DNA of 64,000 nt. It comes from Octopus sinensis (Eukaryota). The notes beneath the pieces are model-generated. The model was given only the letters and a program-made list of their open reading frames with translations. It did no database searches and had not been told where the DNA came from. The position numbers were made by a program, and so were the translations under genes. Where the stretch lies: positions 82,274,001 through 82,338,000 of the forward strand of contig NC_042998.1 in NCBI RefSeq assembly GCF_006345805.1. The letters run 5' to 3'. This document shows positions 1 through 13,215 of this stretch, piece by piece. Every line of letters starts with the position of its first letter. Position 1 is the first letter of the stretch.

Positions 1-327
1 ACTAATTCTCAAATTAAATTATATGTAATACGTTAAATCTGTTTATAAAATTAATACTAAATCATATTAAATACATAGATATCATAACTAATAACGATCG
101 TAACTAATAACTGTCAAGAAACTATAAATAAAAGTAATAATAGTTCAACAACAACAACAACAACAATAATAATAATAATAATATCAAACCAAAAACAATT
201 CAAAATCCAAATAATATAGATAATCAATAAAACAACATAAATAATAATATTTCAACAACAATAATAATAACAATAATAATCAAACCCAATATTATTCAAA
301 AGCCAAATAATATTTATAAGCGAAAAC

Positions 328-857
328 CGTTACTTAGCTTGTCGAAGAAAAAATATAACTGAATTTTAAACGTAAAAAAATAGTCCTTAGCGTTTATAAA
401 ATTTAACGCGTGAAGGCTTTGTGTAAACAAATAGAATAAATTATCAATGAAAATGGCGAAAACTATTTATCAATGAAAAGTACGAGAAAACATTTAAGCC
501 TCATGAACTAAAGAAAGGTGAGGAAAAATACAGCATATGAACAATCTAACATGAAGACACCCAACTGCAACTAACAGCCCACTATTAATAATTCAATAAC
601 AATAACAACAACAACTATTAATCCCATATAATGCAAAATCCAAACAATATTGATAAACAAACAACGTTACTTAGCTTGTTGAGAATATAATATAACTAAA
701 TTTTAAACGTAAAAGTATAGTTCTTAGCGTTTATAAGAAATTAAACTCGTGGAGACGTTGTTTAAAGAAATAGAATAAATTATCAATGAAAATGGCGAAA
801 ACTATCTATTAATGAAAAATACAAAAAATATTCAAGTTTCATGAATCAAAGAAAAGT
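328..857 (+). repeat. Diverged ~190-bp direct duplication (328-520 / 665-857) within AAT/AAC-rich sequence; possibly decayed C-terminus of a PLE ORF
   Basis: cgttacttagcttgt...aaatagaataaattatcaatgaaaatggcgaaaacta...catgaa occurs twice; an HHR-like motif lies ~230 bp downstream. Confidence 0.6.
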
Positions 858-1087
858 AATGAAAATAGGATAACAAGTATTGCTTGTTCATCAATACTAC
901 CCGGAACCTACATCCCACTGTACCCGACTATCATTATTATTACCATCACTGCTACTAACCCAATCTACAACAAACCGCCAGCTACCACCAAATGTCTTCA
1001 CAGCCGACTACCCTTTACCACCCATCTTTTTTAAGAGATTATTTACGTATATTTATTAATTAATTATTTTATTATTGTAGTTATTTT

Positions 1088-1186
1088 TCACCGGATGAGT
1101 GGCTATATGTATACTGAAGTGATTTTACTATTACTAATATTTTTACTATAATCATTTCTTAAATATAGCCACGAAACAGGTGTCGT
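1088..1186 (+). ncRNA. Decayed type I hammerhead ribozyme with long stem II
   Basis: c-cggatga (CUGAUGA with one change), stem II gtggctatat...atatagccac, gaaa, near-palindrome caggtg, tc; stem I poor. Confidence 0.55.
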
Positions 1187-4100
1187 TATTCAACCAAATA
1201 TATACGTTTTATTGATTATTTTGCAGATTACTTAATCATCGATATACTTTTTATCCTATATTTAATATTTCTATTATATGTAATTTCTGAAACCACATGG
1301 TTGCAAACTCAGCTTCTTAACTACGCAGTCGTGCGTTCTCTAGCTGAACGTTTTTAATTATCTCGGTTAAATTATATAATGCTTTATATAGCTGTCAGTT
1401 AAATTACATTATATGTTGTATGGTTTTCTATGAACAAATATGTTAGATTAGATAAGTTTCATATCTACGGCCCCTCTCGATAGGAAAAGATATTACAGAC
1501 AATCTCATCTCAATGTTGCGAGTGAAAGTAACATTTTATTATATATAAGCGTTTCGTTTAGGAACAAACTCTTTCACTTTTACCAACAAATTAGATTGGT
1601 ACCATTACAGCAATAGCAATAGAATAAGAGATACCTGTTATAGAATAGTGTTGGACTTTCCATTTCTAACGATACTCGTTTTAGTTAACCTATGAGACTA
1701 GCATCTCTCTTAAGATCATAAACGGCATGGCTGTTATTTCTCCTTTTCTAAAAACATTAGGCATCAAAGAGAATGACATCACAGCAAATATATCAATGAA
1801 GGTTATAATATCCCAACATCACACGTAAAACTGAAGTTAGGTATGATGAAATATTAAGAAATGCAGAGTATCTTTCTATCATGTAGGAGGGCAGGAAATA
1901 GAAAGCATTTTAGATTCGTGGAATAAACTATTTAGCGTAGATTAGATTTCTCCTGTCAATATCTATTTGAAACATTTCTAGGTAAGTCTTCAGAAAAAAA
2001 AATATATTGGCATTACTCACTAAAAATTTCGCATATAAAATGATAACATAGACAGTATAAATTGAGATTCAATTGCGTAGCGTATATATCTATGAATGTG
2101 TGTGTGCGTGCGTGTGTACGTATGTGTATGTTTGTGTGTGTGTGTGTTTAAGCATGAAGTTGTACGTGTGTGCATATGTGTGTATATATGAAAATATAAA
2201 ACATATATGCAATAAATATTTGGGTGTTAGTGTGTGCATATATTATACGCCCTACTTTGTGTGTGTGTGTGTATGTGTGTTTCGAATTTCAAATTAACTT
2301 TGTGATCGCATCTACTGAACTTAGATCTCTCTGTAATGTTTCATTTTCATGAATGTGCTGTATGCCTCTGTTATACTTTGTTGGCGAAACACTATCACAA
2401 GCTAAATATTGTGTAGATTCCTTTCGCTGCTATCTCTTGGGAAATTCTGGGAAGTAATTCACATGCATGGCCGACATACAAAGAATGTTTGAATCGTTAT
2501 TACCGCCGGGAAATAAAACAAAGCATATAGTTCTTTTGTTAATGTTTTATGTGATGGACGTAGTAATTTTAAATCAACTCTAAACCACATGAAATGATTA
2601 TTTCAGGATCAACAACGAAAAACACAAAATAATAATTCTGTATTGAAATCAATATAGTAACAATAGTCTCCCTCATCACTCACATCAAAATTTCACGCTG
2701 ATTTATGAAATATGAAGATAGAATGTTGTCGAATCTTTTGGTCCCTAATATAGTATTTCAGATGATTAGTTTATTTTAAACTCATATATATATTCGTTAC
2801 GTTATGAATTAAATTGCTCTTAATATTAAGTTTGCAATTATTTCCCGTAGGAATGTAGATCGATTAAATACAAAAAATACCAAATATTCATTTATTTTAC
2901 TCATAAATTTGATTTATATTTTCAATAGTATTCGGCGTTTTATATATATTCAAATCTTCATCTTCTCATTCGTATAGTACAAAAGTTTCTTTCCATTCAA
3001 ATACATCTTCATCCATTGCTATTTATTACAGAACTATATACATCTTGAGTTTGAATTTTTCATATTAAATTTATATCTTCTCACTTTATAGAAAATATAG
3101 AACACAAAAAACAGAAAGTTTTATGATCTGACGAATTTTGGAACAGAAGCAAAATCTTTTTCTATATTGAAAATTATAAAGGAGCCTTCAGCATTTACAT
3201 TCGTCAAAAGTCATGGATTGTTCAATAAAATTCAGTAAGTTATCTTTGCTTTTCTATGACAATTTTCCCCGTAATAAGATAAGCTGATAATAGTTTATAG
3301 ATAATAGTATAGGCACTTCAAATATTGCAGACATTGCTATTATTGGAAGAAAATAACAAAAAATAACTCTTAGTGAGACAGGCAAAGGAAAAAGATTCAA
3401 CGAAGGTTGTGGATAGCCTTACTAACCTTGTAACATGTGTACCTTAAGCAAGGCACACATGAAAATGAATGTTATGCTGTTATTAAACAGCCATGTTATA
3501 ACACATAAATTCTTTTACACGGACAATGCGAAATTTAAAAAATTGAGCAGATAAAATGTGCTCGAGTAGAGCTCTTGCTTGAATGGAGTATAACCAATGA
3601 ATGAAATTAGTCGACAGTCAGAACACATATCTTTAATACGTCTCCATCTTATTCACCTCGTCGTACCTAATAATTAAGTCTTGTCAGTAATCAGTTTAAT
3701 TTAACCATAGTAATATATAAAGCTGATATAATACTTTTAAATAGTACGTACTCTGAGAAATCATGCAATGGTTATGAAATGGTATCGTGATATATATTTA
3801 TCGTAGTGATTTGATATTTATAGTGGTCGCTGATATTTCATTTAATGGTTGCAATTTAGGACTTGACTCCAAGTCATTGAAATGAAAGAAACTGTCGTGA
3901 TTGATATTACGGCTGAGTGATGTAATAAAGGATAATCAGTTACAACAATTAAATTTTCTTCAAGTAAATCTATGAGTCTGCAAAGATTCTATAATGTTGA
4001 GTCGATCCATAACAAATGACATAGTAACTTACTTCCCTTCATTCGTACAAACAGGAATGAATTTCTATGACTGAGGAACAGAATCATGAACTGGTTAGAA

Positions 4101-4427
4101 AATGAGGAATTATTACATGAATTAGTATTTTAGGTGCACAGAATCAAATTATCTATACCATATATACCGTACCAAATTGCATCACTATAAGGGTTTACGC
4201 TATAGGTACAGATGGTCATATCAGTAGCTACAAATATCAAATGTTTTAAATCGGGTCGATTATAGATCATAGTAAAAATTATTTTATAAATCATGAATGA
4301 CTCACTGGCTTAGATAGAATATATAATATATCATGTTTTAATTTAGCCCAATTTTGGAGAAGAAAAGAAAGTTGGAAAGCACGTATAAGTAATATATCAT
4401 ACAATCTTAATTTTTTTATTTTTATAT

Positions 4428-4637
4428 TTTATGTTTCAGTCAGTAAAATGCAGCCATGCTGGGGCTTCTCCTTGACGAAATTTTAGCGGAATGAATCGAC
4501 CCCAATCAACGCCAATCGACCCTTTTTCAAATTGGTATTGTATCGGTGTCTTCTGTCAATCCACAATGTTACGGGGACGTAAACATATCGACACCGGTTG
4601 TCAAGCGGTGCGGCGGGACAAACACAGACACAAAGAA
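4428..4637 (-). mobile_element. SINE family A, body and 3' tail
   Basis: gtttcagtca...gcagccatgctggggc and ggggacgtaaac...ggttgtcaagcgg...gacaaacacagacaca; similar to 43278-43480. Confidence 0.75.
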
Positions 4638-4859
4638 AGAGAAACACACACACATACACATACATACACACGCATACACACTCATACACACGCACTCACA
4701 CACACATATGTAATATAAAGAAAATGGAGAGCGTGAACACAGAAAATCAATTTATTTATATATTAGTAGTCAATTTCATGTCGTCTACGCTCGTCTCAGT
4801 TCTTACCTTCATTCATATTTTACAATTACATTGCATTTTGAATTTATAAGCCAAAATTA

Positions 4860-6450
4860 AAATGGTATGGCCCAAAGTATAACTCTAATAAGACAATAAG
4901 CATAAAGCAGGATACAAACAAAAATTAAAGATCCTTGAACTAAATGTAAATTCTAATAATGAGAATTATACACACAACGGACTTCACAATAATGATATAA
5001 AATAGAAGAAAATAAATATAAGGATAAAATAATTACAGATGGAATTCGATATAGAATAAATAAGAATAATATCAGAATATACGCCAAGAAACATATGGAA
5101 GGCATAAATAAACTAAACACTTATAATAAGGATGGAAACAATGAGGAACTAATAAAATTTAAAGATAATAGAATAGAAAAAAGGTCAAAAACAAAAAATG
5201 AAAATCGTGACTACTTAAATAAAAATAAAAATAAAAATAAAAACGTAAGTAGCATAGGAAATAACAAAAAAGTAGAAATCGAAAACCTAAACTATATAAT
5301 TCATGTTAACTCTGTAAACCATTAAACCCTGTATGTAAATGCAATTAACCACCAGAAAAATTAAACTAAAAAGAATTACTATGAACATAATATAGTATGG
5401 TTCATAATACCATTTGCAAAACAAATTTGAATCATTATAGTAAGATTATTTTACACAACTGTCTCGAAACACTTTTCAAAGGAAAACAGTTATCAGAAAA
5501 TAACGAACTCCCATAAATTAAGGGCCGGCTTCTGCGTTTCGAAAACCATTGCAGAAATTATATCTGCCCAAAATACTAAAATTTAAACGATTTCTATAAC
5601 AACAGGAGTAAGGAAAATACAAATGATTTACTAAATGTCCCAAATGCTGAAGATCATAACGATAGTATTCTATAGACAAGCGAATAAAGGGAAGTAATCC
5701 TTAATGATTCCCCACTAAAACGGAAAAATTTAAACTTGCAGCCTACAAAAATGAGAAAAAATAAACTTAATAACAATAACAAAAATGGTAATAAAAACAC
5801 TAATACAAATGATTTCAATATATTATTCGTACCTATATTAGCAACAACGAACAAAAAATCAGTTACAATATAATTATTAGGATAGATAAGAAAAGGGAAC
5901 AGGAAGAAAATATGTCATTATTTAAAATGCATACCACAAGAAATAAACAACACGAAAATAACCCTGAAAAATAGGCACAACATTATGAATAAGGAATCAG
6001 CAAAAGATCCTGCAAATAAAACCTGTGATTGTGGCAATGAACATAGAAATAGATATCCATTAACATCTTTTGTGGAGAAAAATGTATAATATATAGGTGT
6101 AAGTTAATGTCTGAGGAGCAGGATTACTATTATATAGGCTCAACAGAAAATTATCTAAAAAGCAGGATAGCCAACCATAAAAGCACTTTTAGAGATAAGA
6201 GAAAAGAGGTCTAAGTAGAATAATTTGGGCAAGTAAGGAAAAAAACAAGGACTTTACGCTGAAGTGGGAAGTAAGTAGCCGGCCAAAATCTGTTTGACAA
6301 ATGAAAATGTGTTATTTATGCAAAGGTTTGATTTATACGTTAAGACACTTTTCCAGATCAATAAGACCAAGCACAAATTAATACACAATAAAAGAGAAAG
6401 AGGTTTTTGTTGCCCACACATAATTAAATATGTGTTTAATAAATTCAAAT
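4860..6450 (+). mobile_element. Penelope-like element remnant A (GIY-YIG endonuclease pseudogene with Asn/Lys-rich flanks)
   Basis: Manual translation: NIVWFIIPFAKQI...KHFSKENSYQKI...IAEIISAQNTKI (~5390-5580) and KTCDC...IIYRCKL...YYYIGSTENYLKSRIANHKSTFRD...CYLC...CPH (~6020-6420), with stops and frameshifts. Confidence 0.75.
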
Positions 6451-6668
6451 AAATGAAATTAAATTATAGTGAATAAATATGTCTAGTAAATCCAGATAGA
6501 TATAATTAAATGGGCATTGAGAATAAATAAATATATATAACCAATGATTTTTAATATTAATCCAATAGAAGACGTATTGAAACCCTTACTATCAGCTGAT
6601 GTATCTAAATAAATATGGGAACAATTGTATTAAAGGAATGGGGGATAGAGGACCTGTTATATTCATAA

Positions 6669-6671
<3 letters not shown>

Positions 6672-6735
<64 letters not shown>

Positions 6736-6743
6736 TGTATATA
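6672..6743. repeat. (TA)n microsatellite separating two PLE remnants
   Basis: Directly visible. Confidence 0.95.
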
Positions 6744-7488
6744 TGTTCTCTTACTCTGTAATGCCTAACTTTGCTTCCATCATTGCTTCAATCAATAGAA
6801 GCAAGCTTGCTGGGTGGAATAGCGGAAAAGTTCTTTTGAGGATGACCAAAGAACGAACTGCGTATGATAATCTTGTAACGCCTAATGCCAATGCTACAAG
6901 CAGTCTGCCTTTACCGGGTATATCGAACCCATGTAATAAGGAAGATTTGATGGAATGAAAACGGGAAACCCGTCTGGAACTGGAGGTACAAGAAGTAAAG
7001 GTAACAATAGGAATAAAACTAGGAAAGGCCCCGGAAAGACATGTAACTGTAGAAAACCCGAATTATGTCCTTTAGATGGTTCCTGTCTAGTTACCAACGT
7101 TATATATAAATGTGTAGTCAAGGACGAAGATAAGCTAAATAAATTTTATATAGGTAGCACGATAGACTTTAAGGCGAGATATATATTACATATGAGCTCT
7201 TTTGCTGACGACTAATAATGTAACTCAACTACACTTGCATCTCATATACACAACTTGAAGAAAACTAATAAGAATTATCATCTAGAATGGTCCATTATTT
7301 CTAAAACCCCAAATTTCAAGAGAAATATCAACAAATGTAAGCTATGCATAAGGGAATCACTTACCATCCTTAGGTGTTATGGACCGCACATTCTGAATAA
7401 ATTTACGGACGTGATTCCCTTTTGCATCCATAAATTTTCTTCTACATTCTTAAAAGTCTATAGAAATAAAATAAGTTGTAGAAAATAA
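6744..7488 (+). pseudogene. Penelope-like element remnant B, GIY-YIG endonuclease with Cys-rich motif
   Basis: FSYSVMPNFASIIASINRSKL; KTCNCRKPELCPLDGSCLVTNVIYKC...FYIGSTIDFKARYILHMSSF; LEWSIISK...KCKLCIRESLTI...LNK...CIHK (ORFs 6955-7215 and 7255-7488, same frame, split by stops). Confidence 0.85.
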
Positions 7489-7730
7489 ATAATTTAGCTT
7501 TTACAGGATTTGGGACCACGGAGGCTCAATTTAATTCAATTTAATTCAATTTAATTTAAATGAACTTAATTTAATTTAATACACCCATTATTTTGAGTCT
7601 ATAGGAATAAAATAAGTTGTAGAAAATGAATAATTTAGCTTTTACAGGATTTGAAACCACGGAGGCTCAATTTAATTCAATTTAATTCAATTTAATTTAA
7701 TTGAACTTAATTTAATTTAATACACACATT
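7455..7730 (+). repeat. 141-bp tandem duplication at the PLE B ORF end / 3' UTR
   Basis: gtctatag..ataaaataagttgtagaaaat...ccacggaggctcaatttaattc at 7456 and 7597. Confidence 0.9.
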
Positions 7731-7846
7731 TTTTTACCGCCTTATTTCTCTACTGCTTTAAAAGAAAATTCTTTTACTGTTTTAATTTTTTCGTTTGGGC
7801 TATCGAAGTCGTGAGTTAATTTTTGTTGCTGCGTTGCACGTAAGTT

Positions 7847-8746
7847 TTGTTAAGCGTTTTTGTTGTACGGATGCGCGGTGTTTGTGTCTGCGTTAAGACA
7901 GACAAGAACAATCCCTCCCAAATGGGAGAGACGGCAAGAATGTTCGAAACCCTATCGGACTTGTCTACGTCTGAGGAGGAATTGGAGGAAGCGGTGAGGA
8001 GAATGGACCAGAAACTAGGTAATACCTATGCTGGAGTGGCTACAAAATCGGAGGAGAGAGGGTTGGACTTGGCCAAGCTGCCAAGTTACCAGACGTATGT
8101 CAGGAAGGACGGAGGTGAGGTGGAATTGGTACCGCCACGAAAGCGCAGAGAATGGTACGAGAAAAGGACCATTACATACAGGGTCTACGTAAACGGAAAG
8201 AGAAAAATCAAAGTGGTGAATATGGAGTGGATAGAGGAGGCTCTGAGAAGAACAGAAGTGGAAATAATATTTCTGACAAGAGGTATAAGCTATGGTACTG
8301 TGGTGGTACAGTTCAGGAGTGAAAATACAGCAAGGAGGATGGCGGCGAAAGCAGTGAAATCTGAGAGGGTATTCCTTTTGCCCTCATACTTAAACAGGAA
8401 AATTACTAGAATAAGGGTTGAGGGAATACCCCCAAACGTCGAAGCTGAGTGGATTGTGACAGCTACAATTAGCGATCATGAGGATGAAGTGGACATCTTC
8501 CATGCCACGGTAAAGACCGAGGGCTGGAGAGGCGCGACACTGGATCTAAATATGCAGGCGGAGGATAATGTACTGGAGGACCTAGAAGAGAACATCAGAT
8601 TGGGAGACGTAATCATGAGAGTGTGGGTGGAGGGCAGAGCTCCACGTTGTTACAAGTGTGGCCTGAGGGGCCACATAAGAGCTAACCGCCCTCCCCCAGA
8701 GAAAGATATGGATGCGGAACAACAAAGAGAGGCGGAAAAAGAGTAG
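7847..8746 (+). CDS. Gag-like/ORF1 protein of a non-LTR retroelement (L1/Tx1-type) with degenerate CCHC zinc knuckle; probably continues past premature stops to ~9240
   Basis: 299-aa ORF, purine-rich, RRM-like VVVQFRSE and IRVEGIPP segments, then RCYKCGLRGHIRANR (CX2CX4HX4C with last C to R) and a charged/Pro-rich tail. Confidence 0.75.
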   Translation: MLSVFVVRMRGVCVCVKTDKNNPSQMGETARMFETLSDLSTSEEELEEAVRRMDQKLGNTYAGVATKSEERGLDLAKLPSYQTYVRKDGGEVELVPPRKRREWYEKRTITYRVYVNGKRKIKVVNMEWIEEALRRTEVEIIFLTRGISYGTVVVQFRSENTARRMAAKAVKSERVFLLPSYLNRKITRIRVEGIPPNVEAEWIVTATISDHEDEVDIFHATVKTEGWRGATLDLNMQAEDNVLEDLEENIRLGDVIMRVWVEGRAPRCYKCGLRGHIRANRPPPEKDMDAEQQREAEKE

Positions 8747-9338
8747 AAAACAGAAGAGGAGATAACAGAAGAAGAAAATAATTCAAAAGAATGGAAAGAA
8801 GCCAGGAGAAAGAGGAAAAGAAGAATAGTATGGAATCCCAAACCACCCCAACACCACCCACACCCTCTGAGTCCCACCCTCTCCCTGCGGACAGTGAACC
8901 CACCCGCTCCCCTCCAACAAGGAAACAGAAAGGAAAAGACACACACAACCATGATACAAAAAATGAACCCAGGCCAAACATTGTATGTATGACGGGAAAA
9001 GAAAAAAATTAAAAAGACAATGGAAGAATATCAATGGTGTGACAGAGGACCGATCAGGTATGCAGTAATTGAAAAAGAACGAATGGACGAGTTTATGATA
9101 ATGTGTGAAAGGGAGGATTGAGAAGTAAATGAAGTGAGAATTGTCGAAAAAATCATGAGGGATTTGGAAGAGACGTTTGAAACAAGGATGGAGATGGAAG
9201 GACTTTGTATAGGAACTGAACAAGGAGCATTTGTGTGGGATTAACGACTAAAGGACAGGGAAGTGATGCTAGCGGATGGGGAAAGCACACAACATTGTGT
9301 TAGCCTGGTACGCGATGATGTCTGTCTTTCTGTATTTT

Positions 9339-9418
9339 TCCCCTGACGAAGGAGGTATTATCTTGATGCACCCTAGTGCTTTAAACATAATAATACACCC
9401 CTGAAATGGCCATAAGGA
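9339..9418 (+). ncRNA. Type I hammerhead ribozyme (probable pLTR of PLE B)
   Basis: tccc-CTGACGA-aggaggtatta...taatacacccct-GAAA-tggcca (palindrome)-TA-agga. Confidence 0.7.
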
Positions 9419-10919
9419 TTAAGTAAATATGGTTTCCTCTTCTTTAACTATAAGGCTTCTCTTACTTGAATAGTTTTATAAGATTTCTAAACGATGAACT
9501 TTTATTTTATTTACATGATATATATTATATATTTTTTATATGCTTCCTATATATATATTTTATATATTTTTATATACCTATATATTTTTATATATTACTT
9601 TATATTATATTTTTACTTTCTAGATGTTGTAATGTTTTTTTTTTAAATGTATTTTTCTGAATCGCTAAAGTATTAACACTAAACCGTGATGAACTTCTTT
9701 CTCGCACCTTATTATATGCTTATTGCTTGTACAGATGAATTATGTTCCATCTTGCGGGATGTTTAAATGTATATTCTATGATTAAATGCTCGAATTATGA
9801 AATGTCATGCGGATGACCTTGCATTTATTTGTTCTTTAACCTTAGTTTGATATATTTGTCTCTTTCAATAGAGCACTTCTATAGCAGTCCTATTCATCTT
9901 TTTGTTCCTGACAAGAAACAATCACTGTATTATTGATATATGTATGTATGTATATGTTATATATTAAATAATAAATTATAAACACTCGATGAATAATAAA
10001 ATTAAAGTAAATATGGGAACAAATCTTAAAATAAAATTTGCTCTCACCATTTGAAAATAGTCTAACTCTGTGCATGTAACTATGTATCACATTAGTAAAT
10101 CATGCCCCCAATAAAATATATGAACATTAATTTAACTAAGTATATGTTATAACCCAAAGTATCAACCGAAAAACACTAACAACACATAAATATATAACTA
10201 ATAAAAAAAATTCTTTTATTTAAGTAAGTACAAGTTAAATGTATTGATTTAGATACTTACTAATAAATGCATATATCTATATATATTTACTTTTGGAATC
10301 CTTTGGTAAGGGAGTAGGGATAGAAGTGTTAATCAGCTTCTAAAAACACTAGCCTAAATTCCATTAAGATTGGATACTAATGTGTCCTGGTTCTTCATGA
10401 CTGCTATAAGCTCTTGTCCACCATGATCGTAGTTTAGCCTCTAGTTATTTTTATAATGAAAACCAAGGACACACAAGCTCTCTCTCTCAGACAGACACAA
10501 GCTGCTATTTTAGTCTGTAAGGAACTCTCCATCATTTTAAATTCATAATGCAATTTAACTGTAACACATAGACGAAGGTAGAAATTAGAACTTGCGACAT
10601 ACGAAGGCAACATGAAATTGACTACTATCATGTAAATAAATTAATGTTCTCTTTCCACACTCACCATTTTCTTTATATTATGTTTTCAAAATTCTGTTCT
10701 CCAATGTCGGATGGATGAAAACATCCATAACGACCACTGGAGCTTCGTTAGCACTGATGTCGAAGAAGTTACATTAATAAACACCAATTCTAAAACAGGT
10801 TAACAAATGGCAGGAAAATCAATCAATATGAAGCTAAACCAGGGTACGCTTGGATGAAATGCCTCCTTGTTGAAAGAGCAGCCTCTTTCTATTCGAAACC
10901 TCATAAACAATCGTTACAT

Positions 10920-10951
<32 letters not shown>

Positions 10952-11189
10952 GCACACACACATATATATATATATATATAACTGTGAATGTAATATGTGA
11001 CAATTGTTCGGTAGCCATGATAAAATTTACATTTCCACATATAAATTCCTCTATTTACATAATATCGAAGTCTCTTTCATTCTTGTGTTGTCTTACCATT
11101 TCTATCAAGATATGTATATGTATATATATATAATAACACGTGCTTGAAAATGTTAAAAACTGAAAGCGCTTGCACATCTATAAAATCAA

Positions 11190-11330
11190 AACCCACACAC
11201 ATTTTTGAAATCGGTTCTCAAAGGTTAGTGTTTTTCGACTTTCTAAAAAGGTTCTTTTCTCAATCTTAACTTTTTCGGATAAATCTTCTCTCCAAATAAC
11301 TGTATCAAGGAATCTCCAAAACACACTAAC
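11190..11330 (-). mobile_element. Possible L1/Tx1-type ORF2 3'-end fragment
   Basis: Translation VFWRFLDTVIWREDLSEKVKIEKRTFLESRKTLTFENRF resembles L1/Tx1 C-termini; weak. Confidence 0.3.
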
Positions 11331-11349
11331 TATATATATATATATATAC

Positions 11350-11351
11350 AG

Positions 11352-11436
<85 letters not shown>

Positions 11437-11490
11437 TAGATACATACATACACACAGACATACATACAGACATACATGCGTACATACATA
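11350..11490. repeat. (GATA)n / (CATA)n microsatellite
   Basis: Directly visible. Confidence 0.95.
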
Positions 11491-11494
11491 CGTA

Positions 11495-11651
11495 CGACAG
11501 GCCACTTACTGTTTTCGGCTACAAAATCTCATAAAGTTTTGTTGGTCCATGACTATAGTAGAAGAAACTTGCCCAAGGAGACTTGGCAGCGGGACTGAGT
11601 GCAGAACAATGTGGTTGAGTAGTAAACGTCTTACCATACAACCATGCCTAC
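11495..11651 (-). mobile_element. SINE family A, tRNA-derived head (diverged)
   Basis: ctatagtagaagaaacttgcccaagg...gggactga...atgtggttg...cttaccatacaaccatgcct; similar to 13757-13924. Confidence 0.7.
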
Positions 11652-12088
11652 ACATGGCATTTATTACTTATATGTAAAAAATTATATGCTATATTTTACT
11701 ATATAACATATTTTGTGCTTCACAAAAGACAAAAATTTAAAAGCCTTGCCTAATGAGATTTACTCCGATCAAGCTTTTTTCTAAATACATTTGAAATGGT
11801 GCAAAAAAAAATGTTTCTAACTGTAAAATGTCATTTTATACTAAAATACTGATCACGTGGCATTGGGTTATTTTTATTAGATTACTGACCTGAATACCAT
11901 TTCAGCGATAATTCTTTGACACAACATCGTTGCAGGCTGTATCTGAATTAGAATCTTGTCACAGTCTAATTAATGATCTGTTATCATCAAAAGTGTACTG
12001 TTATTTCTGCCAATAACAATGAGGGCCGCAATATTTTAGTTGTATATAAAGATAAATACTTCGAATAATAACTTCCTACATATGTATG

Positions 12089-12128
<40 letters not shown>

Positions 12129-12872
12129 TGTGTGTGTGTGTGTGTCTGTGTGCCTGTGTGTGTATAAAAAATGTATAGGCACATATATATGTACACACGT
12201 ATGTATACACACACTCATATATACACATATAAAAATATATTTGCATGAATATATAAATGTATATCAATGTGTTTTTGAATACAAATGTCTACACGTGATA
12301 CCAAAGACAAGCTATACACAAAAACTAATTATTTTGAATGTATAGAAAACCAGGTTGATAATCTGATTTATAACTGGACGCAGAGTCATAATTTGAAAAT
12401 ATAAAGAATTTATAGAAGATAAAGTGAATGAAAAATTGTTATAAAATGTAACTCGTAAAGAAACGTGAAACGGTTATGATTTCGAAAAATAAAGTAATGA
12501 AAACTAGTCGTAAAAAGTGAAAACTGAAGGGATAATAGTTGGCCATGAAAGATAAGATATTAACAAAATTATGGACAAGGCGTACAATGGGTTTGGGAAA
12601 GGGGAGAGAGAGAGAGAGAGAGAGAGAAGGGAGAGAGACAGATAGACGGACAAACAGACAGAGACAGACAGACAGGCAGAAAAGTATATGTGCTTTACAC
12701 ATGACTATCGCTAGTAATTGTAAGCCAACGCATAAAGACAATGAGTCTACTGTGCACACTCACGCAAATACGTTTCAAGGACAGTATTTATATGTAGAGA
12801 GAAACTGATAGGCAAGATCTGCCGTAAGAGCCATAAAAAAACTGTACCCTTTGATTAATATATTCACTTTAT

Positions 12873-13215
12873 GAAGGCGGTGAGCTGGCAGAATCGTATT
12901 TCGTCTGCCGCTACGTTCTGAGTTCAAATTCCGCCGAGGTCGACTTTGCCTTTCATCCTTTCGGGGTCGATTAAATAAGTACCAGTTATGCACTGGGGTC
13001 GATACAGTCGACTTAATCCGTTCGTTTGTCCTTGTTTGTCCCTTCTGTGTTTAGCCCCTTGTGGGTAGTAAAAAAATAGGTATTTTGTCTGCCGTTACGT
13101 TCTGAGTTCAAATTCCGCCAAGGTCGACTTCGTCTTTCATCCTTTCAGGATCGATAAATTAAGTACCAGTTACGCACTGGGGGTCGATGTAATCGACTTA
13201 ATCTCTTTGTCTGTC
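12873..13215 (+). mobile_element. SINE family B, tandem dimer of the core unit
   Basis: ggcggtgagctggcagaatcg head; gagttcaaattcc B-box; gactttgcctttcatcctttcggggtcgat.aa.taagtacc core present twice. Confidence 0.8.

Noticed and set aside
4745-4860. Repeat shared with 39985-40085 with a faint minus-strand HHR-like pattern
   Set aside because: The repeat is real but the core lacks CUGA and stem I; not called as a ribozyme.
6020-7488. Selenocysteine recoding in the Cys-rich PLE endonucleases
   Set aside because: The conserved Cys positions I checked are ordinary TGT/TGC codons, and the stops in remnant B are TAA.
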